NCBI GenBank assembly: GCA_034519525.1
Contig: JAXHOJ010000018.1
Location: 48-64,047 of the forward strand
Source of the DNA: Gemmobacter sp.
GTDB taxonomy: Bacteria; Pseudomonadota; Alphaproteobacteria; Rhodobacterales; Rhodobacteraceae
DNA length: 64,000 nucleotides
Direction: 5' to 3'
Both the position numbers and the translations under genes were made by a program. Each line of letters begins with the position of its first letter. Within the stretch, counting starts at the first letter, position 1. Under the pieces are notes generated by a model that was given only the letters and a program-made list of their open reading frames with translations, was not told where the DNA came from and searched no databases. Shown here piece after piece: positions 41,059-51,970 of this stretch.

Positions 41059-41189
41059 GGCGTCGTGATATGGGCGCGTTTCCGCGGCATGGCAATGGGT
41101 TTGCGCAGCAGAACCGCGCAAAGGCTTGACGCGCTCTTATCCGGTGTGGCGGCTTTGCGAAAGGGGGCAGCGTGGTCAGGCGGTGCAGT

Positions 41190-41435
41190 TCAATCCGATG
41201 TGCGGCCAGACAGGCGGCGCAGCACCGATACGATGGGCCAGCGCAGGATGCTGGCCCCGGCCCCCAGGGCCACCAGGCCCCAGACCGGCCCGTTTTCAAA
41301 GGTCACCCAGCCCAGCAGCGGGATGCCGACAGCAGCAAGCGCATAGGCGCAGGGCCAGTGGATGCGGCGTGGCGCAAGCGCGATCAGCGTTGCCGCCACG
41401 ACCCACAGGGCCGCCGCTGTCAGCGAAGCCGTCAT
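41190..41435 (-). CDS. DUF2484-like small membrane protein
   Basis: 81 aa hydrophobic ending SILRWP; usual neighbour of murC in Rhodobacteraceae. Confidence 0.75.
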   Translation of the reverse strand: MTASLTAAALWVVAATLIALAPRRIHWPCAYALAAVGIPLLGWVTFENGPVWGLVALGAGASILRWPIVSVLRRLSGRTSD

Positions 41436-42840
41436 ACGGCCTTCACCGCAAGCCGGGCCGGCAGACCATTGGCCCAGGCCGAAATGGTGCCCGCCCCCAG
41501 ACAGACCACCATATCCCCCGGCCGGGCCTGTTCGCGCACCAGCCGTTCCAGATCATCTTCATTCAACAGCGCCCGGGCATGGCGATGGCCATGGGCGATC
41601 AGCCCGGCCACCAGATCATCCCGGCTGGCGCCCGGAATCGGATCTTCGCCCGCGGCATAGACTTCGGCAATCGCCACCACATCGGCGGCGTTGAAGCAGG
41701 TGCAGAAATCCTCGAACAGGCTGGACAGCCGGGTATAGCGGTGCGGCTGATGCACGGCGATCACCCGGCCTTTGGTGGCCTGCCGCGCGGCCTTCAGCAC
41801 CGCGGCGATTTCCACCGGATGGTGGCCATAATCGTCGATGATCGTCACGCCATCCACCTCGCCCACCTTGGTGAAGCGGCGGTTGACCCCGGCAAACCCG
41901 GCCAGCGCGGCGCGGATTTCATCCTTCTTCATGCCCAGATGGCGGGCCACGGCAATGGCCGACAGCGCGTTGGACACGTTGTGATCCCCCGGCATCGGCA
42001 GGGTGCAGCCTTCGATTTCGCTGACCTTCGCCCTGCAGCGCGCACATCGAAGTGTGCTATGCCATTTTCGAACGTCAGGTTCACCGCCCGCACATCGGCC
42101 TGCGCGTTGAAGCCAAAGGTGACCACGCGGCGATCCGTCACACGGCCCACCAGTGCCTGCACCTCGGGGTGGTCAGTGCAGCAGACCGCCAGCCCGTAGA
42201 ACGGGATGTTCGACACGAAATCCAGGAACCCCTTGCGCAGCGCGTCGAAGGATCCCCAGTGCTCCATATGCTCGGGGTCGATATTGGTGACGATGGCGAT
42301 GGTGGCGGGCAGGCGGTTGAAGCTGCCGTCGCTTTCATCGGCCTCGACCACCATCCACTCCCCTGCCCCGGCGCGGGCGTTCGATCCATAGGCATGGATC
42401 ACGCCGCCGTTGATGACCGTCGGATCAAATCCGCCCTTGTCCAGCAGCGTGGCCACCATGGTGGTGGTCGTCGTCTTGCCATGGGTGCCCGCAATGGCAA
42501 TGTTGCTGCGCATCCGCATCAGCTCGGCCAGCATCTCGGCGCGGCGCACCACCGGCAGCTTGCGGCGGCGGGCCTCTTCCAGCTCGGGGTTGCCCTTCTT
42601 GATGGCCGAAGAAATCACCACCACCGCCGCTTCGCCGATATTCTCGGCCCGCTGGCCCTCAAAGAAGGTGGCGCCCAGCGACACCAGCCGGTCGGTGATC
42701 TTGCTGGCCTTGGCATCCGAACCCTGCACCGCATAGCCCAGCGTGATCAGCACCTCGGCAATGCCAGACATGCCGATACCGCCGATGCCGACAAAATGGA
42801 TGGGGCCCAGTTCCAGGGGCAGTTTGGTCGCAGCGTTCAT
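41432..42840 (-). CDS. murC: UDP-N-acetylmuramate--L-alanine ligase, frameshift near 42030
   Basis: [45 protein letters not shown]. Confidence 0.95.
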
Positions 42841-42843
42841 GGG

Positions 42844-43947
42844 TCACTCTATCTTGGCAAGGCGCAGCACCAGCTCCACCAGCCGGTCGGTCGCATCGGG
42901 GCGGCCCTCGGCAAGTGCATTGGCAGCCATTTTCTGCGCGGCCTGCGGTTGCGAGAGCACGGCGGCCATTTGCGCGCTGAGCGCGGCGGGGTCAAGGGCG
43001 GATTCAGGGATGCTGATTGCGGCCCCTGCGGCAACCAGCCCGCGCGCATTGGCCGTCTGGTGGTCTGCGGCGGCAGCGGCAAAGGGAATGAAGATCGCGG
43101 GCCGTCCGATCACAGAGATATCCGCGATGGAGGATGCCCCCGAACGCGAGATCACCAGCTGCGCCTCTGACAGGCGGCGCGGGATATCCGCGAAGAAGGG
43201 GGCGACCTCGGCCTCGATCCCGGCCACATGATAGGCGCTGGCCACGCGGTCCAGATCCTCGGCCCGGGCCTGTTGCGCTACGCGCAGATTGCGGCGGATC
43301 GCCTCGGGCAGCGCGGTCACGGCGGCGGGCACCACATCCGACAGGATGCGCGCCCCCTGGCTGCCGCCGATGACCACAAGGCTCATCGGATAATCGCCCG
43401 GCGGGATATAGGGCGCGGCGCCGCGTTCCAGCACCGCCGCCCGCACCGGATTGCCGGTATGGATGCCATCAACGCCTGCAGGCAGTGTGGTCGGCCAGGT
43501 GCCGCAGGCCACCAGATCGACACGCGGCGCGAAGATCTGGTTCACCCGGCCCAGCACGCCATTCTGTTCATGAATCATCCGGGGCAGACGCAGCAGCGTG
43601 GCCGCCGCCAGCGCCGGGATCGACGGATAGCCGCCAAAACCAACCACCGCCGCAGGCCGGTCGCGCCGCATGGCACGCATGGCCGACATCACACCCCCCG
43701 CAATGCGCAACGGCACCAGCGCCTTGGCGGCAATCCCGCCGCGCGCAAAGGTGGCCGAAGACACCTGCTCCACCGGCACCTGTTCGGGAAAGCCCCCGGC
43801 ATAGCGCGCACCGCGGGCATCGGTGGACAGCTTCACCCGCCAGCCGCGGGCGATCATCGCCTCGGCCAGCGCCTGCGCGGGGAACATATGCCCGCCGGTG
43901 CCCCCGGCAGCGATCAGCAGCAGGGGGGCGGAAGAGTTCTGAGCCAT
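42844..43947 (-). CDS. murG: Lipid II GlcNAc transferase
   Basis: [37 protein letters not shown]. Confidence 0.97.
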   Translation of the reverse strand: MAQNSSAPLLLIAAGGTGGHMFPAQALAEAMIARGWRVKLSTDARGARYAGGFPEQVPVEQVSSATFARGGIAAKALVPLRIAGGVMSAMRAMRRDRPAAVVGFGGYPSIPALAAATLLRLPRMIHEQNGVLGRVNQIFAPRVDLVACGTWPTTLPAGVDGIHTGNPVRAAVLERGAAPYIPPGDYPMSLVVIGGSQGARILSDVVPAAVTALPEAIRRNLRVAQQARAEDLDRVASAYHVAGIEAEVAPFFADIPRRLSEAQLVISRSGASSIADISVIGRPAIFIPFAAAAADHQTANARGLVAAGAAISIPESALDPAALSAQMAAVLSQPQAAQKMAANALAEGRPDATDRLVELVLRLAKIE

Positions 43948-43950
43948 GGA

Positions 43951-45117
43951 TCAGCGGCCCCGACGGAAGAGGATATCATGCAGCTCGCCCTGCGGACGGG
44001 TGCGGGTCAGCGCCAGCAGCATCCCCACGGTGATGCCCGCCGCGATGACGGAAGACCCGCCATAGCTGACGAAAGGCAGCGTCATGCCCTTGGCGGGCAG
44101 CAGCCGCACGGCCACCCCCATGTTGATCATCGCCTGCACGCCAAAGATGCAGGCCAGCCCGGCGCCTGCCAGCCGCACGAAGGGATCACGCTCCTTCATG
44201 AGGCGGAACAGCGACCGCACGACGATGGTGCCATACAGCCCAAGGATGCACAGCACCAGAATCAGCCCGTATTCCTCGGCGGCAACCGCGATGATGAAAT
44301 CGGTATGGGCATCCGGCAGCGTCCATTTCACCTGCCCCTCGCCCACGCCCACGCCGAAGAACCCACCCTCCTGGATGGCATTCGTGGCATAGCCCAGCTG
44401 CGAGCGCGGGTCGATTTCCGGCGACAGGAACCCGTCGATGCGGCGGGCAAAGTGTTCGGAGGCGCTGTAAGCGAACATGCCCCCCGTGCCGATCAGGCCC
44501 AGAACGATGGCGATCAGGGTAAAGGGTGCGCCTGCGATGAAATAGACCACGCCCCAGCCGAACAGCACCAGCATGGATTGGCCGAAATCCGGCTGCGTCG
44601 CCAGAAAGCCCACCACGACCAACGCCACACCAAACGAAATCGCCTTGCCGGGCGGGGCATTGATTTCCTGGCTGGCCGCCATCAGCCAGGCCGTCAGCAC
44701 GATGAAACCGGGTTTCAGAAACTCCGATGGCTGGAAAGAGGCAAAGCCCAGCGAATACCAGCGCACCGCGCCCTTGCCGAAATCGGTGCCCAGAAAGGGC
44801 AGGAAGGCGATGGCCACGAAGGAAATCGCAAACCCCACCACACCCAGCCGCCGGATGCTTTCGGGCGGCAGCATCGACACGCCCAGCATCACCGCGATGC
44901 CCATGCCGCCGAACACCGCCTGACGCTGCACATAATAGAACGGGTCCAGCCCGTTGCGCGATGCCAGCGGCACCGAAGCCGCCAGCCCCAGCAGGATGCC
45001 GATGCCAAACAGCACCAGAATCGCCGTCAGAGACCATTTGTCGATCGTGCGCCACCAACGGGATACGACCGGTTCGGTCGCCCGCGCGGGCATGGAGCCA
45101 TAGACCATCTCAGTCAT
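43951..45117 (-). CDS. ftsW: Cell division SEDS protein FtsW
   Basis: KGAVRW, QPSEFLK, QPDFG, LPDAHTDFI, PAKGMTLPFVSYGGSS. Confidence 0.95.
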   Translation of the reverse strand: MTEMVYGSMPARATEPVVSRWWRTIDKWSLTAILVLFGIGILLGLAASVPLASRNGLDPFYYVQRQAVFGGMGIAVMLGVSMLPPESIRRLGVVGFAISFVAIAFLPFLGTDFGKGAVRWYSLGFASFQPSEFLKPGFIVLTAWLMAASQEINAPPGKAISFGVALVVVGFLATQPDFGQSMLVLFGWGVVYFIAGAPFTLIAIVLGLIGTGGMFAYSASEHFARRIDGFLSPEIDPRSQLGYATNAIQEGGFFGVGVGEGQVKWTLPDAHTDFIIAVAAEEYGLILVLCILGLYGTIVVRSLFRLMKERDPFVRLAGAGLACIFGVQAMINMGVAVRLLPAKGMTLPFVSYGGSSVIAAGITVGMLLALTRTRPQGELHDILFRRGR

Positions 45118-45445
45118 GGGAACCGCCTGATTGTGCTGCTTGCCTGCTTCTGCCCGGTGTAACCCCGGTTCTGAAGATCAGCTTAGCGGCAAACGGGCTG
45201 CCTTGCCAGTAGAAACAAGGCCTGCCCGGCAGGCACCCGCCCGGGCAAGCCCCCTCTCCCGCCCCGGCCCCCTGCGGGCCGCAGCGGGCTCTTTGCGCAT
45301 GTGGAAAGGCACAAAGCGGCAAAGTCATCCGGAAATGGCGACAGGCGCGCCGTTTTGCCATCTCCGCAAACCTTCTGCACCTTGCTCCTTTCCAAATACT
45401 CATGCGACGCGGATGCCCCGCCACGCGATCCGGCAGAAGCGCTGA

Positions 45446-45482
45446 CCCCTCCCCCTGCCAGGGGGAGGGTTGGGGAGGGGGT
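45446..45482. repeat. Solo copy of the terminal repeat of the 22115-22463 element
   Basis: CCCCTCCCCCTGCCAGGGGGAGGGTTGGGGAGGGGGT is identical to 22427-22463. Confidence 0.85.
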
Positions 45483-45564
45483 GCTGCGGCTGCGGCTGGC
45501 AACGGGGGCTTTTCCACCGGGGCTGCATCCCCTATCCCTGCAGGCAACAGAATGGGGTGAACAG

Positions 45565-46965
45565 ATGATTCCGGTTCAGGGGTTCGACGGGCGCAAGGTG
45601 GCGGTGCTGGGGCTGGGCCGATCGGGGCTGGCCACGGCGCGGGCGCTGCAGGCAGGCGGGGCAGAGCCGCTGGTCTGGGATGACAGCGCCGAAGCGCGCG
45701 CCAAGGCCGAGGCCGAGGGCTTCACCTGTACTGATCTGATGAAGCAGGGCGCGTTTGACGGCGTGGCCTGTCTGGTCACCTCGCCCGGGATTCCGCATCT
45801 TTACCCCACGCCCAACAAGGTGATCGCCCGCGCGCTGGATCTGGGCATCCCGGTGGATAATGACATCGGCCTGTTCTTCCGCAGTTTCGGCGCCGCCGAC
45901 TGGGCCGAACTGGACACGCCGCCCAAGGTGATCTGTGTCACCGGATCGAACGGCAAATCCACTACGACGGCGCTGATCCATCACATCCTGCAGGTCGCCG
46001 GGCGGCCCACGCAGATGGCGGGCAATATCGGCCGGGGCGTGCTGGACATCGACCCGCCGCAGGAAGGCGAAGTGGTGGTGCTGGAGCTTTCCAGCTATCA
46101 GACAGAACTCGCCCGCGCGCTGACGCCGGATGTGGTGGTCTTCACCAATCTCTCGCCCGATCATCTGGACCGGCATAATGGCATGGGCGGCTATTTCGCC
46201 GCCAAGCGCCGCCTGTTTGCCGAAGGCGGCCCCGACCGCTGCGTGGTGGGGGTGGATGAAACCGAAGGCAAATTTCTGGCAGGCCAGCTGGCGCAGGGGC
46301 CAGAGGATGACCGGGTGATCCGCATCTCCTCAGGGACCAAGCTCGAAGGTTTCGGCTGGTCGGTCTTTGCCCGCAAGGGCTTTCTGGCCGAATGGCGCCG
46401 CGGGCGGCAGATGGCCTCGATCGACCTGCGCGGGGTGGCGGGCCTGCCCGGCGCGCATAACCACCAGAATGCCTGCGCCGCCTATGCCGCCTGCCGGGCC
46501 TTGGGGCTGGCGCCCAAGCTGATCGAAGGCGCCTTTCATTCCTTCGCGGGCCTGCCGCACCGCAGCCAGCTGGTGGGCGAACGGGGCGGCGTGCGCTTCA
46601 TCAACGACAGCAAGGCCACCAATGTGGATTCGGCGGCCAAGGCCCTGCAGGCCTTCCCGAAAATCCGCTGGATCGCCGGTGGCATGGGCAAGGATGGCGG
46701 CATCGTCGCGCTGGAGCCGTTCCTTGGCTCGGTGGTGAAGGCCTATCTCATCGGCTTTTCCGCCCGCGATTTCGCGCTGCAGCTGGGCGCCACGCCCTAT
46801 GTGATTGCCGAAACCATGGAACAGGCGGTGGCGCAGGCCGCGGCCGAGGCCGAACCGGGCGAGGTTGTGCTGCTGGCCCCGGCCGCCGCCAGTTTTGACC
46901 AATATCCCAATTTCGAAAAGCGGGGCGAGGATTTCACGGCGCGGGTGCAGGCCCTGCTGGCCTGA
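45565..46965 (+). CDS. murD: UDP-MurNAc-L-Ala--D-glutamate ligase
   Basis: [47 protein letters not shown]. Confidence 0.96.
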   Translation: MIPVQGFDGRKVAVLGLGRSGLATARALQAGGAEPLVWDDSAEARAKAEAEGFTCTDLMKQGAFDGVACLVTSPGIPHLYPTPNKVIARALDLGIPVDNDIGLFFRSFGAADWAELDTPPKVICVTGSNGKSTTTALIHHILQVAGRPTQMAGNIGRGVLDIDPPQEGEVVVLELSSYQTELARALTPDVVVFTNLSPDHLDRHNGMGGYFAAKRRLFAEGGPDRCVVGVDETEGKFLAGQLAQGPEDDRVIRISSGTKLEGFGWSVFARKGFLAEWRRGRQMASIDLRGVAGLPGAHNHQNACAAYAACRALGLAPKLIEGAFHSFAGLPHRSQLVGERGGVRFINDSKATNVDSAAKALQAFPKIRWIAGGMGKDGGIVALEPFLGSVVKAYLIGFSARDFALQLGATPYVIAETMEQAVAQAAAEAEPGEVVLLAPAAASFDQYPNFEKRGEDFTARVQALLA

Positions 46966-47835
46966 TTACCGCATCCGGCGGAAAAAGCGTGACCGGTCAT
47001 ACAGCTGTTCCAGCCGTTTCAGGCGGCTTTCCGTCCGCTCCCATGTCAGCGTCTGCACCGAGGCCAGCAGGGTTTCCACCAGAACGGTGATGGAAACCGT
47101 GCTGTCCCAGGCGCTTGGCGCCTCGATATGGCACGACAGGGTATGGCGGGCGTGCTGGGCGGCAGGCGAAACCCAGCGGTCGGTAATCAGCACCACCTCT
47201 GCCCCCTGCTCCACTGCCAGTTCGACCAGTTGCAGCACGGTGTTTTCATACCGCCGGATGTCGAACACCAGCAGCACATCGCCGCGCTTCATGTCCAGCA
47301 GGGCGGGCGGCCAGGTGTTCGACAGCCCCGACAGCAGCGTGACCGAGGGGCGCACCACCTTCATCAGCGTCACAAAGTAATCGGCAAGCGCATGGGTGAT
47401 GCGCCCGCCCATGGCATAAACCGCGCGGTCCGGGTCGGCCAGCAGCGCCGCTGCGGCATCGAATTCGGCATGGTCGATCTGCCCCAGCGTCGCCTGCAGG
47501 TTCGACACCACCGCATCGGCAAAGCGGTTCAGGATATGGGTATCGGGCACGCCGCCCGCCCAGCGATCATGCTTGGCGATGGGCGACAGCAGCATGGCCT
47601 CCACCTCGCCCCGCAGGGCAGATTGGTAATCGGGATAGCCCTTGTAGCCCAGCTTCTGGCACAGCCGCACCACGGTGGGGGTCGAAACTTCAGCCGCCTT
47701 GGCCAGCGCGGTGATCGAGCCCAGCGCGGCCACCGGATAGTTTCTCAGGATATGTGTTGCCAGCTGCCGTTCAGCACGGGTCAGATCAGGCAGCGCGCGG
47801 CGCATCCCGTCTTCGATGCTGATTTCGGCATCCAT
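46966..47835 (-). CDS. MurR/RpiR-family transcriptional regulator
   Basis: HTH (SITALAKAAEVSTPTVVRLCQKLGYKGY) plus SIS domain. Confidence 0.92.
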   Translation of the reverse strand: MDAEISIEDGMRRALPDLTRAERQLATHILRNYPVAALGSITALAKAAEVSTPTVVRLCQKLGYKGYPDYQSALRGEVEAMLLSPIAKHDRWAGGVPDTHILNRFADAVVSNLQATLGQIDHAEFDAAAALLADPDRAVYAMGGRITHALADYFVTLMKVVRPSVTLLSGLSNTWPPALLDMKRGDVLLVFDIRRYENTVLQLVELAVEQGAEVVLITDRWVSPAAQHARHTLSCHIEAPSAWDSTVSITVLVETLLASVQTLTWERTESRLKRLEQLYDRSRFFRRMR

Positions 47836-47880
47836 CGCGCTCTCCTGCCCTGTTGCGTGCAACCATTCTGCACCCGTTTG

Positions 47881-47924
47881 GAAAACTTTGTAACAGAAAA
47901 TTTCCTAAAGAAATATTCTTGACA
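47881..47924. promoter_or_regulatory. AT-rich divergent promoter region, likely containing the RpiR operator
   Basis: TGTAACAGAAAATTTCCTAAAGAAATATTC followed by TTGACA (47919-47924). Confidence 0.5.
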
Positions 47925-47977
47925 GAGGCAGGCTGCGCAGAGGACGCTGAGGCCGACAACAGGGAAGACTCGCAGCA

Positions 47978-48763
47978 ATGACTGCACGGATATCAGACAG
48001 CGCCGGGCCATTTGCGCCCGTCATCGAGGCTTGGGGCGACGCGGCAGAGGTGATCCTTGTCTGCGAACATGCCAGCAATGCCTTTCCACAGCCCTGGGGT
48101 GATCTGGGGCTGACGGCCGACCAGCAACGCGCCCATATCGCCTGGGATCCGGGTGCGCTTGGGCTGATGCGCGGGCTGGCACAACGGCTGCGCGCAACCT
48201 GCATCCATGCCACGGTCAGCCGCCTGATCTATGATTGCAACCGCGCCCCACACATGCCCGGCGCAATGCCCGCCGTATCCGAACTGCACAGCGTGCCGGG
48301 CAATGCAGCCCTGACACTGGCCGCACGGGCAGAACGGATGGCGGCCGTGTATCTGCCGTTTCACACCGCCCTGCACCGCCTGATCGCAGACAGCCTTGCC
48401 CAGGGCAAACGCCCGGCGGTCATCACCATTCACAGCTTTACGCCTGTCTATTTCGGGCAGCCGCGCAGCGTGGAATTCGGCGTGATCCATGATGCCGACA
48501 CCCGGCTGGCCGAGGCCATTCTGGCCGAAGCGCAGGTGCAGACCGGCCTGACAAGCCACCTGAACGCCCCCTATTCCGCCGCCGATGACGTGACCCATAC
48601 CCTGCGGCTGCAGGCCACACCTTACGGATTGCTGAATGTCATGCTGGAAATCCGCAACGACCTGATTGCGACGCCCGCCGCCGAAGAGGCGATGGCCGCG
48701 CAACTGGCCCCGGTGATCGCCGCCGCGCTGGCGCGCTGTCATGCTCCGGCGGAGGCTGCGTGA
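47978..48763 (+). CDS. N-formylglutamate amidohydrolase family (putative gamma-glutamyl amidohydrolase)
   Basis: LVCEHAS, HIAWDPGA, SRLIYDCNR, IHSFTP, LEIRNDL. Confidence 0.9.
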   Translation: MTARISDSAGPFAPVIEAWGDAAEVILVCEHASNAFPQPWGDLGLTADQQRAHIAWDPGALGLMRGLAQRLRATCIHATVSRLIYDCNRAPHMPGAMPAVSELHSVPGNAALTLAARAERMAAVYLPFHTALHRLIADSLAQGKRPAVITIHSFTPVYFGQPRSVEFGVIHDADTRLAEAILAEAQVQTGLTSHLNAPYSAADDVTHTLRLQATPYGLLNVMLEIRNDLIATPAAEEAMAAQLAPVIAAALARCHAPAEAA

Positions 48764-49320
48764 TGCCGGGATGGAGCATTGCCTTCGTCCGCGGCGTCGA
48801 CCGGCTGAATTACGGCGTCGGCCGCTTTGCCATGTATCTGCTGTTCGTGCTGATGGGCATCCTGATGTGGTCCACCATCGCCAAGGCCGCGCTGACGCCC
48901 TCGCTCTGGACGCTGGAAATGGCGCAATTCGCCATGGTGGCCTATTACATCCTGGGCGGGCCCTATTCGATGCAGCTGGGCAGCCATGTGCGCATGGATC
49001 TGGCCTATGCCAGGTGGAGCGACCGGCAGAAAGCGCTGGTTGATGCCTTCACCGTGCTGGCGCTGATCTTCTATCTGGCCATCATGATCTGGGGGGCCTG
49101 GGATAGCCTCGTCTATTCGCTGGGCGTCAAATGGACAGATCCGGGGCTGTTCGGCCTCAGCTGGCCGCAGGTCGGGCGTCTGGAACGTTCGCCCACCGCC
49201 TGGCGGCCCTATCTCTGGCCGATCAAGACGATCATGGTGTTCGGCTTCTTCCTGATGCTGCTGCAGGCCACGGCCTATCTGATCCGCGACATTGCCACCT
49301 TGCGCGGGGAGAATATCTGA
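48760..49320 (+). CDS. TRAP small permease (DctQ)
   Basis: 4 TM segments, WTLE, HVRMD. Confidence 0.9.
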   Translation: MMPGWSIAFVRGVDRLNYGVGRFAMYLLFVLMGILMWSTIAKAALTPSLWTLEMAQFAMVAYYILGGPYSMQLGSHVRMDLAYARWSDRQKALVDAFTVLALIFYLAIMIWGAWDSLVYSLGVKWTDPGLFGLSWPQVGRLERSPTAWRPYLWPIKTIMVFGFFLMLLQATAYLIRDIATLRGENI

Positions 49321-50663
49321 TGCCGCAGGAAATGATTGCCCTGCTGATGTTCTCGACCATGCTGCTGATGATGATCACCGGGCAGCGGGTGTTCGGGGTC
49401 ATCGGCTTTGTCGCCGTGGTGGCCTCGCTGTCACTCTGGGGCACCGGGTCGCATACCATGGGTTTTTCAGCGGCGATGAAGCTGATGAAATGGTATCCGA
49501 TGCTGACGCTGCCGATGTTCGTCTTCATGGGCTATGTCATGAGCGAGACGCGGCTGGCCGAAGACCTGTACAAGATGTTCCACGTCTGGTTCGGCCCGGT
49601 GCCAGGCGGCCTGGCCATCGGCACGATCCTTCTGATGGTGCTGATTTCCGCGATGAACGGGCTTTCGGTGGCGGGCATGGCCATCGGATCGACGATTGCT
49701 TTGCCCGAACTTCTGCGCCGGGGTTATGACAAGAAGATGGTCACCGGCGTCATTCAGGCCGGGTCAAGCCTGGGAATCCTGATCCCGCCTTCGGTGGTGC
49801 TGGTGCTGTATTCCATGATCGCCCGCGCCCCGGTATCGGAACTGTGGCTGGCAGGTATCGTGCCCGGCCTGCTGATGGCCGCAATCTTCATCGCCTATAT
49901 CGTGATCCGCTGCCGCCTGCAGCCAACGCTTGGCCCGGCGCTGACGGCAGAAGAACGCGCCACGATCCCACCGGGTGAAAAGTGGCGCCTGCTGGGGGCC
50001 GGCGTGCTGCCGCTGGCAATCTTTGCCGCGATGATGGTGCCCTTCGTCTATGGCTACACTTCGCTCGTCGAGGCTTCGGTGATCGGCGTCGCCGCCACCG
50101 TGCTGGCCGCCGTCATCAAGCGCCGCTTCACCCGCGCGGTGTTCGAAGTCGCCACGCGCGACACGCTGGCGATTTCTTGCATGTTCATGTGGATCATCCT
50201 CGCCGCGCTCAGCTTTGGCGCGGTGTTCGATGGGCTGGGCGCGGTCAAGGCGATCGAGGGGCTGTTCGTGCAGGACATGGGGCTTTCGCCCTGGACGATC
50301 CTGATCCTGATGCAGCTGTCGTTCCTCATCATGGGCATGTTTCTGGATGATACCGCGATGCTGGTCATTGTGGCGCCGCTTTATGTGCCGCTGGTCGCCA
50401 CGCTGGATCTGGGCATCCCGCAGGGGCAGGTGCTGGTCTGGTATGGCGTGCTTTACACCATGACCTGCCAGATCGCCTATCTCACGCCGCCCTTCGGCTA
50501 TAACCTGTTCCTGATGCGGGCCTTTGCCCCACGCGAAATCACCATGGGCGACATCTACAGCTCGGTCACGCCCTTCGTGCTGATCATGGCCGTGGCGCTG
50601 GTTCTGGTGATGGTCTTTCCGCAACTGGCGCTTTGGCTGCCCGGTGCGATCTATTCCAAATGA
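49320..50663 (+). CDS. TRAP large permease (DctM)
   Basis: LPMFVFMG, LGILIPPS, YLTPPFG. Confidence 0.93.
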   Translation: MPQEMIALLMFSTMLLMMITGQRVFGVIGFVAVVASLSLWGTGSHTMGFSAAMKLMKWYPMLTLPMFVFMGYVMSETRLAEDLYKMFHVWFGPVPGGLAIGTILLMVLISAMNGLSVAGMAIGSTIALPELLRRGYDKKMVTGVIQAGSSLGILIPPSVVLVLYSMIARAPVSELWLAGIVPGLLMAAIFIAYIVIRCRLQPTLGPALTAEERATIPPGEKWRLLGAGVLPLAIFAAMMVPFVYGYTSLVEASVIGVAATVLAAVIKRRFTRAVFEVATRDTLAISCMFMWIILAALSFGAVFDGLGAVKAIEGLFVQDMGLSPWTILILMQLSFLIMGMFLDDTAMLVIVAPLYVPLVATLDLGIPQGQVLVWYGVLYTMTCQIAYLTPPFGYNLFLMRAFAPREITMGDIYSSVTPFVLIMAVALVLVMVFPQLALWLPGAIYSK

Positions 50664-50718
50664 CAGCGCGAGGGGCGGACGAACCGCCCCCGCACCCTTA
50701 TTCCAACGGAGGTTCACG

Positions 50719-51756
50719 ATGACGACGACAAGACGGAAGTTCCTGGCCACCGGCACCCTTGGCGGCGCCGCCGCCCTTGCAGCCCCCGCCGTGGTGCGGG
50801 CACAGGCGCCGATCAAATGGCGGATGCAGACCTATGCCGGTGCAGCACTTGGCGAACAGGTGGTGAAACCCGCCATCGAGGCCTTTAACCAGATTGCCCA
50901 GGGCCAGATGGAGATCGAGCTGTTCTATGCCGATCAGATCGTCCCCACGGGCGAGCTGTTCCAGGCCTTGCAGGCCGGCACCATCGACTGCGTGCAGTCG
51001 GATGACGACAGCATGGCCTCGCCCACCGAAGTCACGGTGTTCGGCGGCTATTTCCCGCTGGCGCTGCGCTATTCGCTGGATGTGCCCGCGCTGTTCACCA
51101 AATACGGGCTGAAGCAGATCTGGGAAGACGAATATGCCGCCGTCGGCGTCAAGCATATCTCGGCCGGATCGTGGGATCCCTGCCATTTCTCGACCAAAGA
51201 CCCGATCAACAGCCTTGCCGATCTGCAGGGCAAGCGGGTCTTCACCTTCCCCACCGCCGGCCGCTTCCTGACACAGTTCGGCGTCGTGCCGGTCACCCTG
51301 CCGTGGGAAGACATCGAAGTGGCGATGCAGACGGGCGAGCTGGACGGCATCGCCTGGTCTGGCATCACCGAGGTCTACACCGTCGGCTGGTCCAACGTGA
51401 CCAACTACTTCCTCACCAACAACATCTCCGGCGCCTGGATCGGGCATTTCTTCGCCAATATGGATCGCTGGAATGCCCTGCCCCCGCATCTGCAAAAGCT
51501 GCTGGAAGTGTGTTTCGAACAATCGCACTACTATCGCCAGCACTGGTACTGGGCAGGCGAGGCCGATCTGCGCATCAACGGCGGCAAGCTGAAGCTGACC
51601 ACGATCCCGGCTGACGAATGGAAGACCGTGGAAGATGCCGCCGTGAAGTTCTGGGATGAAATCGCCACCGAAAGCGAGGTGAAGGCCAAGGTGGTCGAGA
51701 TCATCAAGAAGTATAACGACACCATGGTTCAGGCAGGCCCGCCCTACCGCTACTGA
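50719..51756 (+). CDS. TRAP substrate-binding protein (DctP) with Tat signal
   Basis: TTRRKFL...APAVVRAQ..KWRMQT; DLQGKR; AMQTGELDG. Confidence 0.92.
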   Translation: MTTTRRKFLATGTLGGAAALAAPAVVRAQAPIKWRMQTYAGAALGEQVVKPAIEAFNQIAQGQMEIELFYADQIVPTGELFQALQAGTIDCVQSDDDSMASPTEVTVFGGYFPLALRYSLDVPALFTKYGLKQIWEDEYAAVGVKHISAGSWDPCHFSTKDPINSLADLQGKRVFTFPTAGRFLTQFGVVPVTLPWEDIEVAMQTGELDGIAWSGITEVYTVGWSNVTNYFLTNNISGAWIGHFFANMDRWNALPPHLQKLLEVCFEQSHYYRQHWYWAGEADLRINGGKLKLTTIPADEWKTVEDAAVKFWDEIATESEVKAKVVEIIKKYNDTMVQAGPPYRY

Positions 51757-51970
51757 TCCTTCGGGGCGCGCAGGCCGATTGCGCGCCCCTCACTTCACAG
51801 ATATGATCAAATTCTGGCCGCTGCCTGCGGCCAAGGGAGATGGAAGATGGCCACAAGGATGATGCCGGGGGCAACGCGCCCCTGCTGCTGGCCCAGAAAG
51901 CCCGAGTTCGGAGGCGGCGCCGCCAGTGCCTGCCCGAACCCTTCCCCTTCCCTTTGACAGAGAGGCACCC

